Origin: Acidimicrobiia bacterium UBA5794
GTDB taxonomy: Bacteria; Actinomycetota; Acidimicrobiia; Spongiisociales; UBA5794
Assembly: GCA_002418265.1 (NCBI GenBank)
Contig: DIDS01000019.1
Location: forward strand, 3,848 to 67,847
Length of the DNA stretch: 64,000 nt
Reading direction: 5' to 3'
Shown: positions 29,846 to 39,185 of the stretch, one piece after another
Position numbering within the stretch: the first letter of the stretch is position 1
Layout of the letters: each line of letters opens with the position of its first letter
Notes under the pieces: generated by a model
Told to the model about the DNA's origin: nothing
The model's input: the letters and a program-made list of their open reading frames with translations, nothing else
Database searches by the model: none
Translations under genes and position numbers: made by a program

Positions 29846-30244
29846 TTACTCGGCAAGGATCTGGCTCACTCGTTGATGCGACACACCTAGGAGTGCACCA
29901 ATGTCTCGCATCGACAAGCCCTCATCGCGCAACAGTGCAGCGGTGTGCCTCCGAAGGTCAGCAGCGTGGGCCATTGCTTCCTCAGCCACAGCAGTCGTCG
30001 ACGCAAGCTGTTCCAGGACGACGGCCGCCTCGGGTGGAGGAATAACCGTGGGGTCGATGCCGCCGACGTCTTCCGGGGGAATGCCAAGTGCGAGACCAAT
30101 CGCTTCTCGGGCCATGCCTTCGACCTGATCGAGCCTCTTCACCTGCGAAAAGACGCCGCTGAGTTCCGGAACGCTGATCGCCCACCAACTCCCAGATCGC
30201 ACAACTTCGACCCGGTACGGCCTTGTACGTACTCGCTTAGCCAT
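29846..30244 (-). CDS. HicB-like antitoxin with C-terminal HTH
   Basis: WWAISVPELSGVFSQ...AREAI and LSMRDIGALLGVSHQRVSQI; overlaps the toxin stop. Confidence 0.8.
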   Translation of the reverse strand: MAKRVRTRPYRVEVVRSGSWWAISVPELSGVFSQVKRLDQVEGMAREAIGLALGIPPEDVGGIDPTVIPPPEAAVVLEQLASTTAVAEEAMAHAADLRRHTAALLRDEGLSMRDIGALLGVSHQRVSQILAE

Positions 30245-30440
30245 TCGCACACACGTCCTTTGCTTCCTTGATGATGCCGCGTGCTGTGTACTCGTTGATT
30301 TCTCGGTGTCGAGGTATCACAAGACGTCTGGTACCAAGCATCCACAGTTCATGCTTGGCTCCCTGTCTCACCATGCCAAATTCCAGGTTTGCGTCATCTG
30401 CCAACACGCGAATCTCTCGTACAAGATCGCGTCGCTTCAT
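30237..30440 (-). CDS. HicA-like toxin
   Basis: MKRRDL...RQGAKHELW...IPRHREINEYTARGII (catalytic His present). Confidence 0.85.
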   Translation of the reverse strand: MKRRDLVREIRVLADDANLEFGMVRQGAKHELWMLGTRRLVIPRHREINEYTARGIIKEAKDVCANG

Positions 30441-30447
30441 GGGTGCA

Positions 30448-30475
30448 GTCTATCCCTATAGACAATTCAAGTCTA
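30448..30475 (-). promoter_or_regulatory. Putative hicAB promoter and operator
   Basis: Overlapping palindromes GTCTA-N6-TAGAC and TAGAC-N7-GTCTA cover the TAGACT -10, which lies 6 nt before the ATG. Confidence 0.65.
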
Positions 30476-30551
30476 GGCAGATAGCCGCTCGATCTCAAAT
30501 CTGACTTCGGGAACCCGAAGCGGGTTCCTTGGAGTCCAGCAAGCTGAACTC

Positions 30552-30621
30552 CTGACATCGGTTGTCGGTCATCGGTTGTCGGTTATCGGTCATCTGACGT
30601 CTGACATCTGACGTCTGACTT
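30552..30621. repeat. Ten-unit phased heptamer array
   Basis: CTGACAT CGGTTGT CGGTCAT CGGTTGT CGGTTAT CGGTCAT CTGACGT CTGACAT CTGACGT CTGACTT. Confidence 0.9.
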
Positions 30622-31223
30622 CAACGGTTCTCCACGTCGCCTGTGGAGACGTCGTCGATGGCGTCGCCGACGATGATCTTGTCGATCGTTGCACGCAAGA
30701 GTCCGTACGAGACAGGACCTGACACCTTTCCGACCACGATGCCATCTCGGTCAACGAAGAAGGTCTCGGGCAGACCGAGAACACCCCATTCAAAGGCGGT
30801 GGTTGACCCTTCATCCACCGTGTACACGGTTACCTCACTTCGTCCAAGTTCATCAAGAAATGCCTCGGCGTTTTTGGGATCATCCTGATAGTTGATCGCA
30901 ACGAACGTCGTGTCGAACGCTTCGTAGTCTGATGCTGCCTGCATGAGCGCCGCATGCTCGGTCCGACAGCCAAGGCACCACGATGCCCAGAAGTTGACCA
31001 CGACGATGTCTCCTGCGTAGTCAGCAATAGAGATCTCTCCGGACCCGTCCATCAGTGAAATCGGTGCATCAGGTGCTGGCTGGCCGCGCAACGGGGATGC
31101 TGTAACGGTGGGATCCGATCCAAACCGCGATGCAAAGATGATCGCGAGGGCGACAAATGCAAGTCCACCGACAATCGCAACCCACACCATGCGTGAGCCG
31201 CGTTGTTCGGTCGCGCTACCCAT
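30621..31223 (-). CDS. ccmG: TlpA/CcmG thiol-disulfide oxidoreductase
   Basis: N-terminal TM, VVNFWASWCLGC and GLPETFFVD. Confidence 0.88.
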   Translation of the reverse strand: MGSATEQRGSRMVWVAIVGGLAFVALAIIFASRFGSDPTVTASPLRGQPAPDAPISLMDGSGEISIADYAGDIVVVNFWASWCLGCRTEHAALMQAASDYEAFDTTFVAINYQDDPKNAEAFLDELGRSEVTVYTVDEGSTTAFEWGVLGLPETFFVDRDGIVVGKVSGPVSYGLLRATIDKIIVGDAIDDVSTGDVENR

Positions 31224-31992
31224 CGGTTTCACCAAGTGTGGCTATCAGATCAAGAGCGAGGTCCTTGATCTCTTGAGGTGTCTCGTCAGATGAAGCCACT
31301 GCGGTGAGCATCACGATTGCTTCGTCGTTACGACCGAGGGACGCATAGACGTTTCCGAGGAACCAGCGTGCGGTCAGGAAGGTGGGATCTCGCTCAAGGG
31401 CTGCTTCGAGATAGCTCGCAGCCAGATCGTCGTATCCCGACAGGTACGTCATCCACCCGACGTTGGCGAGTGCTTCAGGATTCTGTTCGGACTCAAGGAT
31501 CACGAAGTAATGCTCAAGGGCCTTGTCGAAATCACCAGCCTCGAAGTACCGACGAGCCAACGCAAGCCTCATGGGGATGACACCAGGGTTCTCGGCGACG
31601 ACCGCCTCCATCTCTTCGTTCGAAACGGTCGACAGATCACGCCCGTTGGGATCGGTGAGTGCAGCTTGCGCAACACCCTCGACCCCGCTGGTTGAGTCTG
31701 CGGTGAGCGAGATCACCGCAAAGGTTGCAATGCCCGATACCGCAAGGGCGACGACGAGTATGCCAACCTTGGCCCGCTTGGTGAGCCAGGCGCCGTCAGT
31801 CGCTCCATCGTCGGGGGAGTCCCCCGTGTCGGCAGATCTGGCTGCAATGGCGGCATTGAGCTCAGCCGTGTACTTGTCCGTCAAACGTTTCGCAGTGGCC
31901 TCATCGATGTCTCCATCGGTGAGTTGCTGTTCAACATCGGCAAGCTCCTGATTGAGTATCTCGATCTTTTCGAGAGATTGATCAAGGGGCAC
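31216..31992 (-). CDS. TPR membrane protein (CcmI/CycH-like)
   Basis: GDIDE motif, TM helix and C-terminal TPRs; coupled to ccmH and ccmG. Confidence 0.75.
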   Translation of the reverse strand: MPLDQSLEKIEILNQELADVEQQLTDGDIDEATAKRLTDKYTAELNAAIAARSADTGDSPDDGATDGAWLTKRAKVGILVVALAVSGIATFAVISLTADSTSGVEGVAQAALTDPNGRDLSTVSNEEMEAVVAENPGVIPMRLALARRYFEAGDFDKALEHYFVILESEQNPEALANVGWMTYLSGYDDLAASYLEAALERDPTFLTARWFLGNVYASLGRNDEAIVMLTAVASSDETPQEIKDLALDLIATLGETDG

Positions 31993-32407
31993 GCGTACTC
32001 TTCTCCGACATCCGGGATGCTTGCCTGATACCGACGATCGCGACAAGTCCGCCAATCAGGGCCGCAACTGGGAGGGCCCACAGAAAAACCGACCAGCTTG
32101 AGGTTGAGGTGTCGAGAATATATGAATCCCCGAAATTCGCAGCGAACTCGGCACGGATCTCTTCATCGGTCTCACCCGATTCGACCCTCTCACGGATGAG
32201 AGCGCGGTAATCCCCTGCAACCGCCGACGATGACTCCTCAAGGGACTCACCGTTGCAAAACGGGCATTTGATCGAGGATGCCAAAGCCGAGACACGGTCG
32301 TCAGTCGTCGGTGCAGAGGCAGTGCCACCAGCAAGTCCCACAACGATGATCCCAAGCGCGATCGCGCCAATGGCGATCGGAAGCAAGGTCTTCATCGTGT
32401 CACTCAT
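31982..32407 (-). CDS. ccmH: Cytochrome c biogenesis protein CcmH
   Basis: IKCPFCNGESLEESSS and LWALP. Confidence 0.9.
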   Translation of the reverse strand: MSDTMKTLLPIAIGAIALGIIVVGLAGGTASAPTTDDRVSALASSIKCPFCNGESLEESSSAVAGDYRALIRERVESGETDEEIRAEFAANFGDSYILDTSTSSWSVFLWALPVAALIGGLVAIVGIRQASRMSEKSTRAP

Positions 32408-34439
32408 CAGCGGTCTCTCGCGACGTCGGTTCCTGAGCTGTCACCACATCTGACGTTTCACGACGTCGTGCTGGTTTCCGCATCATGGCAAGACCACCAC
32501 CAGCAACGACAACAAGTCCTCCGAACCAGAGCAGCCATTGGTAGGGAAAGATGAAGACATTCAACAACACGGAATCAACCGAACCGCCTGCCAGCCCGAC
32601 ATACACATCGGTGGTGAACGATGTCCACACGTCTGGGGTTCCGATGGGCTGTGCAACACCCGGGTAGCTGTTGACAGAGGGGCTCAACAGCGCCTTCTCG
32701 TCGCTGCACGATTCGTCAAGGACAAGGACCCTGGCACCGGTCACCGTTCGATGCGGCTCAATGTTCTCGAACGGGCCGACGTACGACAAACAGAACCCAC
32801 CTGCGACCGCCGTCTCGCCCTGATTGATCCGGACGACCTCTCGCACCGCAAGACCACTCGTTGTTGCAAGTGCAATCGCGACAAGGGCGATCCCAAGGTG
32901 GGCAAGTTGCCCTCCCCAGTAGCCCGGATCGTTCGCAACCACCTTGCGAGATGCTCCCAGTATCCCCTCCGGTCTTGCGGCGACCACCTCGACAAAGCGA
33001 ATGACGAGTGCACCGATCACAAAGACCGCTATCACGAGTGTGACGAGCACACCGACAGAATCAAGCCCGGCGAGTACAGCCACGGCACCCGTGACGAGAC
33101 CCAACGCAATGGCCCACCGGAGTCGTCTCCACAGAATCGCACCTGTTGCGACCCTCCATGGAGCGACTGAACCGAGACCGATCGTCAACAACAGCAGGAG
33201 AGCAAGCGGGACCGCGGCCTTGTCGAAGAACGGACGACCCACCGACACCTGATCGCCGGAGAGGGCCTCAACGATGAGTGGATACATGGTTCCGAACAGG
33301 ACTGTGAAGGTCAGGACGGTCAGCAGCAGGTTGTTGGCGAGGATGAAACCCTCGCGTGACACCAACGAATCCAGGCGCGGGGCTTGAGCGATGTCCCGTG
33401 CGCGCACGACGAACAGGGCCAGGGAGGCAACCACCACGATCAGAAGGAATGTCAAGATTGCCGGACCAACGGCGGATTGGGTGAAGGAGTGCACTGAGGC
33501 AATGACGCCCGACCTTGTCAGGAACGTGCCAAGGATTGTGAGCGCAAACGCAGCGATTACCAGCATGAAATTCCACGCTTGGAGCATGCCGCGCCTTCGC
33601 TGCACAAGTGCCGAGTGGAGGAATGCAGTCGCGGCAAGCCACGGAAGCAGCGCGGCGTTTTCGACCGGGTCCCACGCCCAGTAACCACCCCATCCAAGGA
33701 CCTCATATGACCACCATGCACCGAGAAAGATTCCTGTCGTGAGGAACACCCACGAAATCAGCGTCCAACGGTGCGAACGATCGAGCCAGGATGTGCCTGA
33801 TTCCTTGAGCCACAGGGCAGCGATCGCAAACCCGAACGGCACGGTCATCCCGACGTACCCGACGTAGAGCATCGGCGGGTGGACGGCCATCAGGATGTGG
33901 TTCTGAAGCAATGGGTTCGGGCCGAGCCCCTCGGCTGGCGCGACCGACGCCGACAGCGGCCACCATGACGTCGCGCTACACACACCGCCTGCGACATCGG
34001 TGCACACCGCAAATGGATTCGCCGCGGTCGCCATCAACCCGAACCAGAACACCGCAACGCCTCCCATAACGGCGAGGGCGAGAATGCCGAGGCGATCATT
34101 CGATGATTTCGATCTGAAGACGAGCCAGATGAACACCGCAAGCAGCAGTCCCCACAGGACGATCGACCCTTCGAGAGCAGCCCAGCCTCCCGCGAAGAGA
34201 AAGATGAGCGGTGTCGTGGAGGCTGTGTTGTTCGCGATGTAGGCAATGGAAAAGTCGTGGGAAAGAATTCCGATCTCAAGCAGGACAAAGGAGGCCACGG
34301 ACGCGCCAATGAGGACGCGGACCGGAACCACGACGAGTCCTTTGTCTCCGGTCGCCGAACCTCGCACCCCTTGGACGACAAGCGCCACCGCGGCGCCAAG
34401 CGCCACAAGGACCGCCGCATAGCCTGCGGTTGCAATCAT
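32400..34439 (-). CDS. ccmF: Heme lyase CcmF
   Basis: HPPMLYVGY, LGWGGYWAWDPVEN and TRSGVIASVHSF. Confidence 0.97.
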   Translation of the reverse strand: MIATAGYAAVLVALGAAVALVVQGVRGSATGDKGLVVVPVRVLIGASVASFVLLEIGILSHDFSIAYIANNTASTTPLIFLFAGGWAALEGSIVLWGLLLAVFIWLVFRSKSSNDRLGILALAVMGGVAVFWFGLMATAANPFAVCTDVAGGVCSATSWWPLSASVAPAEGLGPNPLLQNHILMAVHPPMLYVGYVGMTVPFGFAIAALWLKESGTSWLDRSHRWTLISWVFLTTGIFLGAWWSYEVLGWGGYWAWDPVENAALLPWLAATAFLHSALVQRRRGMLQAWNFMLVIAAFALTILGTFLTRSGVIASVHSFTQSAVGPAILTFLLIVVVASLALFVVRARDIAQAPRLDSLVSREGFILANNLLLTVLTFTVLFGTMYPLIVEALSGDQVSVGRPFFDKAAVPLALLLLLTIGLGSVAPWRVATGAILWRRLRWAIALGLVTGAVAVLAGLDSVGVLVTLVIAVFVIGALVIRFVEVVAARPEGILGASRKVVANDPGYWGGQLAHLGIALVAIALATTSGLAVREVVRINQGETAVAGGFCLSYVGPFENIEPHRTVTGARVLVLDESCSDEKALLSPSVNSYPGVAQPIGTPDVWTSFTTDVYVGLAGGSVDSVLLNVFIFPYQWLLWFGGLVVVAGGGLAMMRKPARRRETSDVVTAQEPTSRETADE

Positions 34440-34846
34440 GGGTCGCTACACGAGTGGCGTTCAGTGTCGTAGTGCTCGTCATCTGAGCGATACTGCTCGT
34501 CGTGTTTGACGAGCATCGTTTCGGACTCGAACACGGTTCCATCCCAGGTCCCCTCAACAACCACACCAATGCCCTCTTGGAACAACTGTGGGGGCACACC
34601 GGTGTGGATCACGGTCACATCCGTGTCACAGTCCTCCACCGTGAATGACACCGTCGTCCCTCCATCGACAACAGAACCGGGAGCGACCCGCCCGCCGAGG
34701 CGAAGCCGCTCATTGGAGCCCGGTCGTTCCTGTACCTCAGCTGGTGTGTTGTAGTACACCAACGAAGCAGACAGGTTCACCAACAGGAAGGCCAGGACGG
34801 CGATGATGACGACCGCAGGAATAACGAAACGGGCATAGCGTCTCAC
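34436..34846 (-). CDS. ccmE: Heme chaperone CcmE
   Basis: RLGGRV, PQLFQEG and LVKHDEQY (HxxxY). Confidence 0.95.
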   Translation of the reverse strand: MRRYARFVIPAVVIIAVLAFLLVNLSASLVYYNTPAEVQERPGSNERLRLGGRVAPGSVVDGGTTVSFTVEDCDTDVTVIHTGVPPQLFQEGIGVVVEGTWDGTVFESETMLVKHDEQYRSDDEHYDTERHSCSDP

Positions 34847-34974
34847 TGATCTGCCTCAAGTCTCTGTCGTGCCTTGTTGATCCTCGTTGCAATCGATGCT
34901 GCGAACACCACGAGGCTGATGTAGGTGGCTGCAAAGGCAAGCCCAACCCAATTCCACTGCTCCGCGAGGTTCAT
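34843..34974 (-). CDS. ccmD: Heme exporter protein CcmD (43 aa, absent from the ORF track)
   Basis: MNLAEQWNWVGLAFAATYISLVVFAASIATRINKARQRLEADQ: one TM with Tyr and a basic tail; overlaps the ccmC stop and ccmE start. Confidence 0.85.
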   Translation of the reverse strand: MNLAEQWNWVGLAFAATYISLVVFAASIATRINKARQRLEADQ

Positions 34975-35711
34975 CAGGCATCACCCCCCAGAGAAGGAGC
35001 AGTGACAGCGGACCCAGCGACGGGAGCGGTACTGGACCGGTCCGCGAGAATGACTTGCTCCTCGAGCTTTCCAAGCTCGACAAGCTTGGACATCATTGCG
35101 ACATACATCACCGAGAACATGCCAACCGCAATGAACAAGGTGACAACCATCGGGGTATCCATGTCGACCGATGCCGGTTTCAAAAGTGAGGGCGTTTGAT
35201 GCAAACCCCTCCACAACACCACCGAGAAATGTACGAGCGGTATCTGAACGATGGCAAGGACACCAAGGATGGCTGCTCGTTTGGCCCTCGCTTCGAGGTC
35301 ATCGGTTGAGCGGCGGAGTGCGAGGTAGCCGAGGTAAACGAAGAACATGATTGCAGTCAACGTGAGGCGCGCGTCCCATGTCCACCAGACGCCCCAGGTC
35401 GACTTGGCCCAGATCATCCCGATCACCAGCGTCATACCGGTGAAGAGAACGCCGATCTCAGCCGAGGCAGCCGCCATGCGGTCCCACTTCAGGTCCTTCT
35501 TCCACAGATACAGCGCCGAGGCGAGCATCGTGATGCCGAAGGACACGTATGCGAGCCATGCGGCCGGGACGTGGACGTACAAGATACGCGAGAGTTCTCC
35601 CTGGATCGCATCTGGCGGTGCAACAAAGGACACCACAAGCGTGACAATGCCTGCGATTCCCATGGCGTACCACGGCCAGACAGGACTTGACTGTGGCTTC
35701 GCGTTGGTCAT
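34974..35711 (-). CDS. ccmC: Heme exporter protein CcmC
   Basis: YVHVPAAW and WAKSTWGVWWTWDARLT (WWD motif). Confidence 0.96.
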   Translation of the reverse strand: MTNAKPQSSPVWPWYAMGIAGIVTLVVSFVAPPDAIQGELSRILYVHVPAAWLAYVSFGITMLASALYLWKKDLKWDRMAAASAEIGVLFTGMTLVIGMIWAKSTWGVWWTWDARLTLTAIMFFVYLGYLALRRSTDDLEARAKRAAILGVLAIVQIPLVHFSVVLWRGLHQTPSLLKPASVDMDTPMVVTLFIAVGMFSVMYVAMMSKLVELGKLEEQVILADRSSTAPVAGSAVTAPSLGGDA

Positions 35712-36379
35712 CCTGTCTCCTGCAATGGTCTCGCGGAAAGGACCCCTGCGACCGCCAGAACCAGTGCGATGACGGCCAACATCAGGATCCACGTGAGGAT
35801 ACTCTTGCCAAGCCGTAAGCCTTCAAAGGACTGCGTTGCCGCAATCAAGAGCGGTACCGACATCGGGGCGACGATCAACGGAACCAGTGCCGCAGTCGAA
35901 CGACCGGTTGCGACAATGCCCGCGGCAATCGTGCCCAGAAGTGAAAGACCAACCGCTACGAGGATGAGGATGAGGGGAAACCACTCCGCTCCGGACAGAT
36001 CGATGTCGTAGAGCACCACGGTGAGGACACCGAGCACGGTTTCAAACAGCAACAGCAACAGGAAGTTCGCAAGAGCGGTTCCCGCAAATACAGCCGCTGG
36101 ATCCATGCCCGTGAGAGCAACCATGTCACGCTGGGCGATCGAGTCCGAAGTCGTTCGCCGCACAGCAATCAGAACACCGAAAAGCATGACGACGACCCAG
36201 AACATGCCGACGCCGACGCGGCGGAGCGTCACCGTGTCGGTGCTGATGGCGATCGGGATGAGAAGGAGGGCCACCGCGCCGAACGGGAGCGTCACCCACA
36301 GAACCTCACCCGATCGGCGTTCGCGCAGGAGATCCCGACGGGTCACGGTGGTCGCCTGCTTCCAAAAGGGGGGACTCAT
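35708..36379 (-). CDS. ccmB: Heme exporter protein CcmB
   Basis: RRDLLRERRS start, about 6 TM helices and LVPLIVAPMSVPLLIAA. Confidence 0.9.
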   Translation of the reverse strand: MSPPFWKQATTVTRRDLLRERRSGEVLWVTLPFGAVALLLIPIAISTDTVTLRRVGVGMFWVVVMLFGVLIAVRRTTSDSIAQRDMVALTGMDPAAVFAGTALANFLLLLLFETVLGVLTVVLYDIDLSGAEWFPLILILVAVGLSLLGTIAAGIVATGRSTAALVPLIVAPMSVPLLIAATQSFEGLRLGKSILTWILMLAVIALVLAVAGVLSARPLQETG

Positions 36380-37035
36380 GGCGCCCTTCCGGTGCTGATC
36401 GTTCCGTTCTCGATACGGAGAATGCGGTCAGCGAGCGACTCGACACGTACATGGTCGTGGGATACAAGGACCGCCGCCCCACCCCGCCCCACGGTCCGTT
36501 TGACCAAACCGTCAACAAGGTCGACGGCATCAGCATCGAGAGCCGAATGTGGTTCATCAAGGAGGAGGAGATCCGGTTCGGTGAGAAGGACTCGCGCGAA
36601 CTCGGCGCGCCGTTGCATGCCGTGGCTGCAGCGATCGGCCCTGCGATCCTTGGCTCCCGACAAACCGACGGCATCGAGACGATCATCGACTCTTGCTTCG
36701 TCGATACCCATTGCCTGTGCCACAAATGCCATGTTCTCGGCGAGCGTCAGTTCGGGATACCAACCGGGCGTATGTCCGATGTAGCCGATGCGGGAACGCA
36801 CCTCAAACCGGTCCGGACTGTTGAGGTCGGCGCCAAATACTGCCCCAATTCCCTCCGACGGTCGTGTCATCGTTGCAATCAGGCGAAGAAGTGTGGTCTT
36901 GCCGGCACCGTTGGCGCCAAAGATCCCGATCACCTCGCCGGGATGGACCGCGAGGTCGATGTCGCGCAGGATCGGCACCGCTCCCGCACGAACGGCAACA
37001 CCCGACAACGAAACGATCGCAGTAGCTTCCGGCAC
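36376..37035 (-). CDS. ccmA: Heme exporter ABC ATPase CcmA
   Basis: GANGAGKTT, SHGMQRR and LLLDEP; first gene of the ccm operon, with TACCCT 6 nt before the GTG. Confidence 0.9.
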   Translation of the reverse strand: MPEATAIVSLSGVAVRAGAVPILRDIDLAVHPGEVIGIFGANGAGKTTLLRLIATMTRPSEGIGAVFGADLNSPDRFEVRSRIGYIGHTPGWYPELTLAENMAFVAQAMGIDEARVDDRLDAVGLSGAKDRRADRCSHGMQRRAEFARVLLTEPDLLLLDEPHSALDADAVDLVDGLVKRTVGRGGAAVLVSHDHVRVESLADRILRIENGTISTGRAP

Positions 37036-37126
37036 CTCGGCAGGGTACCGACGACGGACGGGCACCGGAATACTCACAGCCCAGACTGCGTTCTGACACC
37101 AAGCACACAACAGGAGTATCCACACC

Positions 37127-37552
37127 GTGGCAACCATTGACATCACGAAAGAAACACTTGCCGAGACGATCGAGGGCAATGACATCGTCCTGATCGATTT
37201 CTGGGCGGAATGGTGCGGCCCGTGCCGCTCGTTCGGACCGACCTATGAAAAGGTCTCCGAGAAACACCCGAACATCACGTTCGCAAAGGTAGATACCGAG
37301 GATCAGCAGGAAATCGCACAGAGCTTCGGGATCCGTTCGATCCCGACCCTTGTTGCATTCCGCGAGAACATCGGCGTCTTCTCACAGCCTGGAGCTCTCC
37401 CCGAGGAGGCCCTCGAGAGCCTCATCGGCCAGATCGAAGAGCTCGACATGGATGCGATCCGCAAGGAGATCGCCGAAGAGCATGATCACGGCGGCGAAGA
37501 TCACGATCACGATCATGAAGATCACAACCATGAGGCCCACAGCCACAGCTGA
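37127..37552 (+). CDS. trxA: Thioredoxin with His/acidic C-terminal tail
   Basis: DFWAEWCGPC and IRSIPTL; tail HDHGGEDHDHDHEDHNHEAHSHS. Confidence 0.93.
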   Translation: MATIDITKETLAETIEGNDIVLIDFWAEWCGPCRSFGPTYEKVSEKHPNITFAKVDTEDQQEIAQSFGIRSIPTLVAFRENIGVFSQPGALPEEALESLIGQIEELDMDAIRKEIAEEHDHGGEDHDHDHEDHNHEAHSHS

Positions 37553-37629
37553 GATCGACTCCGACATGACGTTCCCGTCAAGGCATCCCAGCCAACAGCG
37601 TTACTGAATCGCGACGGTGCGGTCAGGCG

Positions 37630-37848
37630 TCAGTCAGGGTGTTGCAACACGAGCGGCGCGAGGATCGTCTGGGCTGCTTCAAGGTCGTCGCGTTGGACCA
37701 GCAGCGACACACTGAACTTTCCGAGCATTCCTGGATCTGTGATGACGGTTGCTGGGATATCAGCCTCGCTGAGGAGTGCCCAGCCTTTCTCGGCCTGTTC
37801 AACCGTATCGAAGACGGCGGCTGCAATCTCAGGTCCGAGGATGCCCAT
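37630..37848 (-). CDS. Small hypothetical protein (DUF2007-like)
   Basis: LLSEADIPA...LLVQRDDLEAAQTIL pattern; start overlaps the tldE stop. Confidence 0.65.
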   Translation of the reverse strand: MGILGPEIAAAVFDTVEQAEKGWALLSEADIPATVITDPGMLGKFSVSLLVQRDDLEAAQTILAPLVLQHPD

Positions 37849-39185
37849 CAGCCTGCTGCCCCTCCGGTGAAGTTCCACGATGCAAGGTGGAAAGTTGGGG
37901 TGTGAACGGTGCCGGACTCGTCCTCACCGGCAGCAAAACGGCCATTCGCACCGATGCCCTTCACTCGACCCGGTCCGAGAGCATCGATGAATGACTGGGT
38001 AAACCTGAGGTTCGTCACAGCCCCAGTGATAGCACCGTTCTCGATCATGAAGGTCCCGTTACGTGTCAAACCGGTCACCACGACCGTCTTGGGATCGAGG
38101 ACGCGACAGTAGTTGAACGTCGAGACGTAGATACCACGTTCAACGTGTGCGATCAGGTCTTCTTCACTCCATGTGCCCTCACCGAAGAAGAGGTTGCGGC
38201 CACTAGGACGGTTGTCCCAGGCCTCACCGGTGACGGAGGCGTGGCCGGTCGAAACATTGCCAGCCTTCGTCGCCGTTCGACGGTCATGGAGCAGCGACGG
38301 AGTTGCCCCACCATCGATGACCGCAATGGTTTTGCGGGGTGTGCCTTCGGCATCGAACGGGATACCGAGACCGCGTGGATCAGAGACGTCATCCTTGAGG
38401 TGCACCGTTGGATCGAACCGCTGTTCGTTGAGTGTGACAAACGACATCCCCTCGTTGTAGCTCTTGCCACTGAAGCCGTATCCCGTCAGGAACTGTGCGA
38501 TGGTCGCCATGGCCTCAGGAGCAAGAACGACCTCGTACTCCCCCGGTTTGGTGTCGAACGCGTTGATTCCGAGTATGGCGCGATGGGATGCAAGCCTTCC
38601 TGCGCCTGTCGCATCGATCGAGCCGAGGCTCTGTCCTGCCGAGTGTCCGCTTCCCGCGGACGTTTCGGTCTGGTGGATTCCGTCGAGCACAACTCGTGTC
38701 ATCCGGCCGTCGATGAACCGCTCGGCCGTGTTGCCGTATGCATCGGTGTAGGAGTCAACGCCGCACATGCCTGCGGCGAGCAGACCGTCGCCAGCACCGA
38801 CAAACGTCTTGACGATCTCAGCTCTGGCATTGGGATCGGCTCGGCTCGTCTCTTCGTCGAAGTGATCGATTTCTTGAGCCTCAACAGATCCGCCGAACCC
38901 AGGGAATTCAGAATCGACGGGTTGCATCGCCGCGACGGTCACCAGGCGATCCACGAGTGAGTTGAGTGCATCGTCGGTGGTCGACGTTGTGCTCCCAGAC
39001 GCAACTCGACCGTCAAGAGCGACGGTCAGATGGACATGGACGACATCGTCGGACACATTCTGGTGGATGAAAGAATTCGCAAATCGGGTCAATGCTGACG
39101 TACCGGTTCGTACATAGACACCGGCATCTGCCTTCGTTCCAACGATGTCGAGGATGCGGCTGACCAGGTCGGTTGATCGGCTCAT
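37848..39185 (-). CDS. TldE/PmbA family protein
   Basis: LTRFANSFIHQN, FDAEGTP and TGLTRNGTFMIENG; no HExxxH. Confidence 0.9.
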   Translation of the reverse strand: MSRSTDLVSRILDIVGTKADAGVYVRTGTSALTRFANSFIHQNVSDDVVHVHLTVALDGRVASGSTTSTTDDALNSLVDRLVTVAAMQPVDSEFPGFGGSVEAQEIDHFDEETSRADPNARAEIVKTFVGAGDGLLAAGMCGVDSYTDAYGNTAERFIDGRMTRVVLDGIHQTETSAGSGHSAGQSLGSIDATGAGRLASHRAILGINAFDTKPGEYEVVLAPEAMATIAQFLTGYGFSGKSYNEGMSFVTLNEQRFDPTVHLKDDVSDPRGLGIPFDAEGTPRKTIAVIDGGATPSLLHDRRTATKAGNVSTGHASVTGEAWDNRPSGRNLFFGEGTWSEEDLIAHVERGIYVSTFNYCRVLDPKTVVVTGLTRNGTFMIENGAITGAVTNLRFTQSFIDALGPGRVKGIGANGRFAAGEDESGTVHTPTFHLASWNFTGGAAG

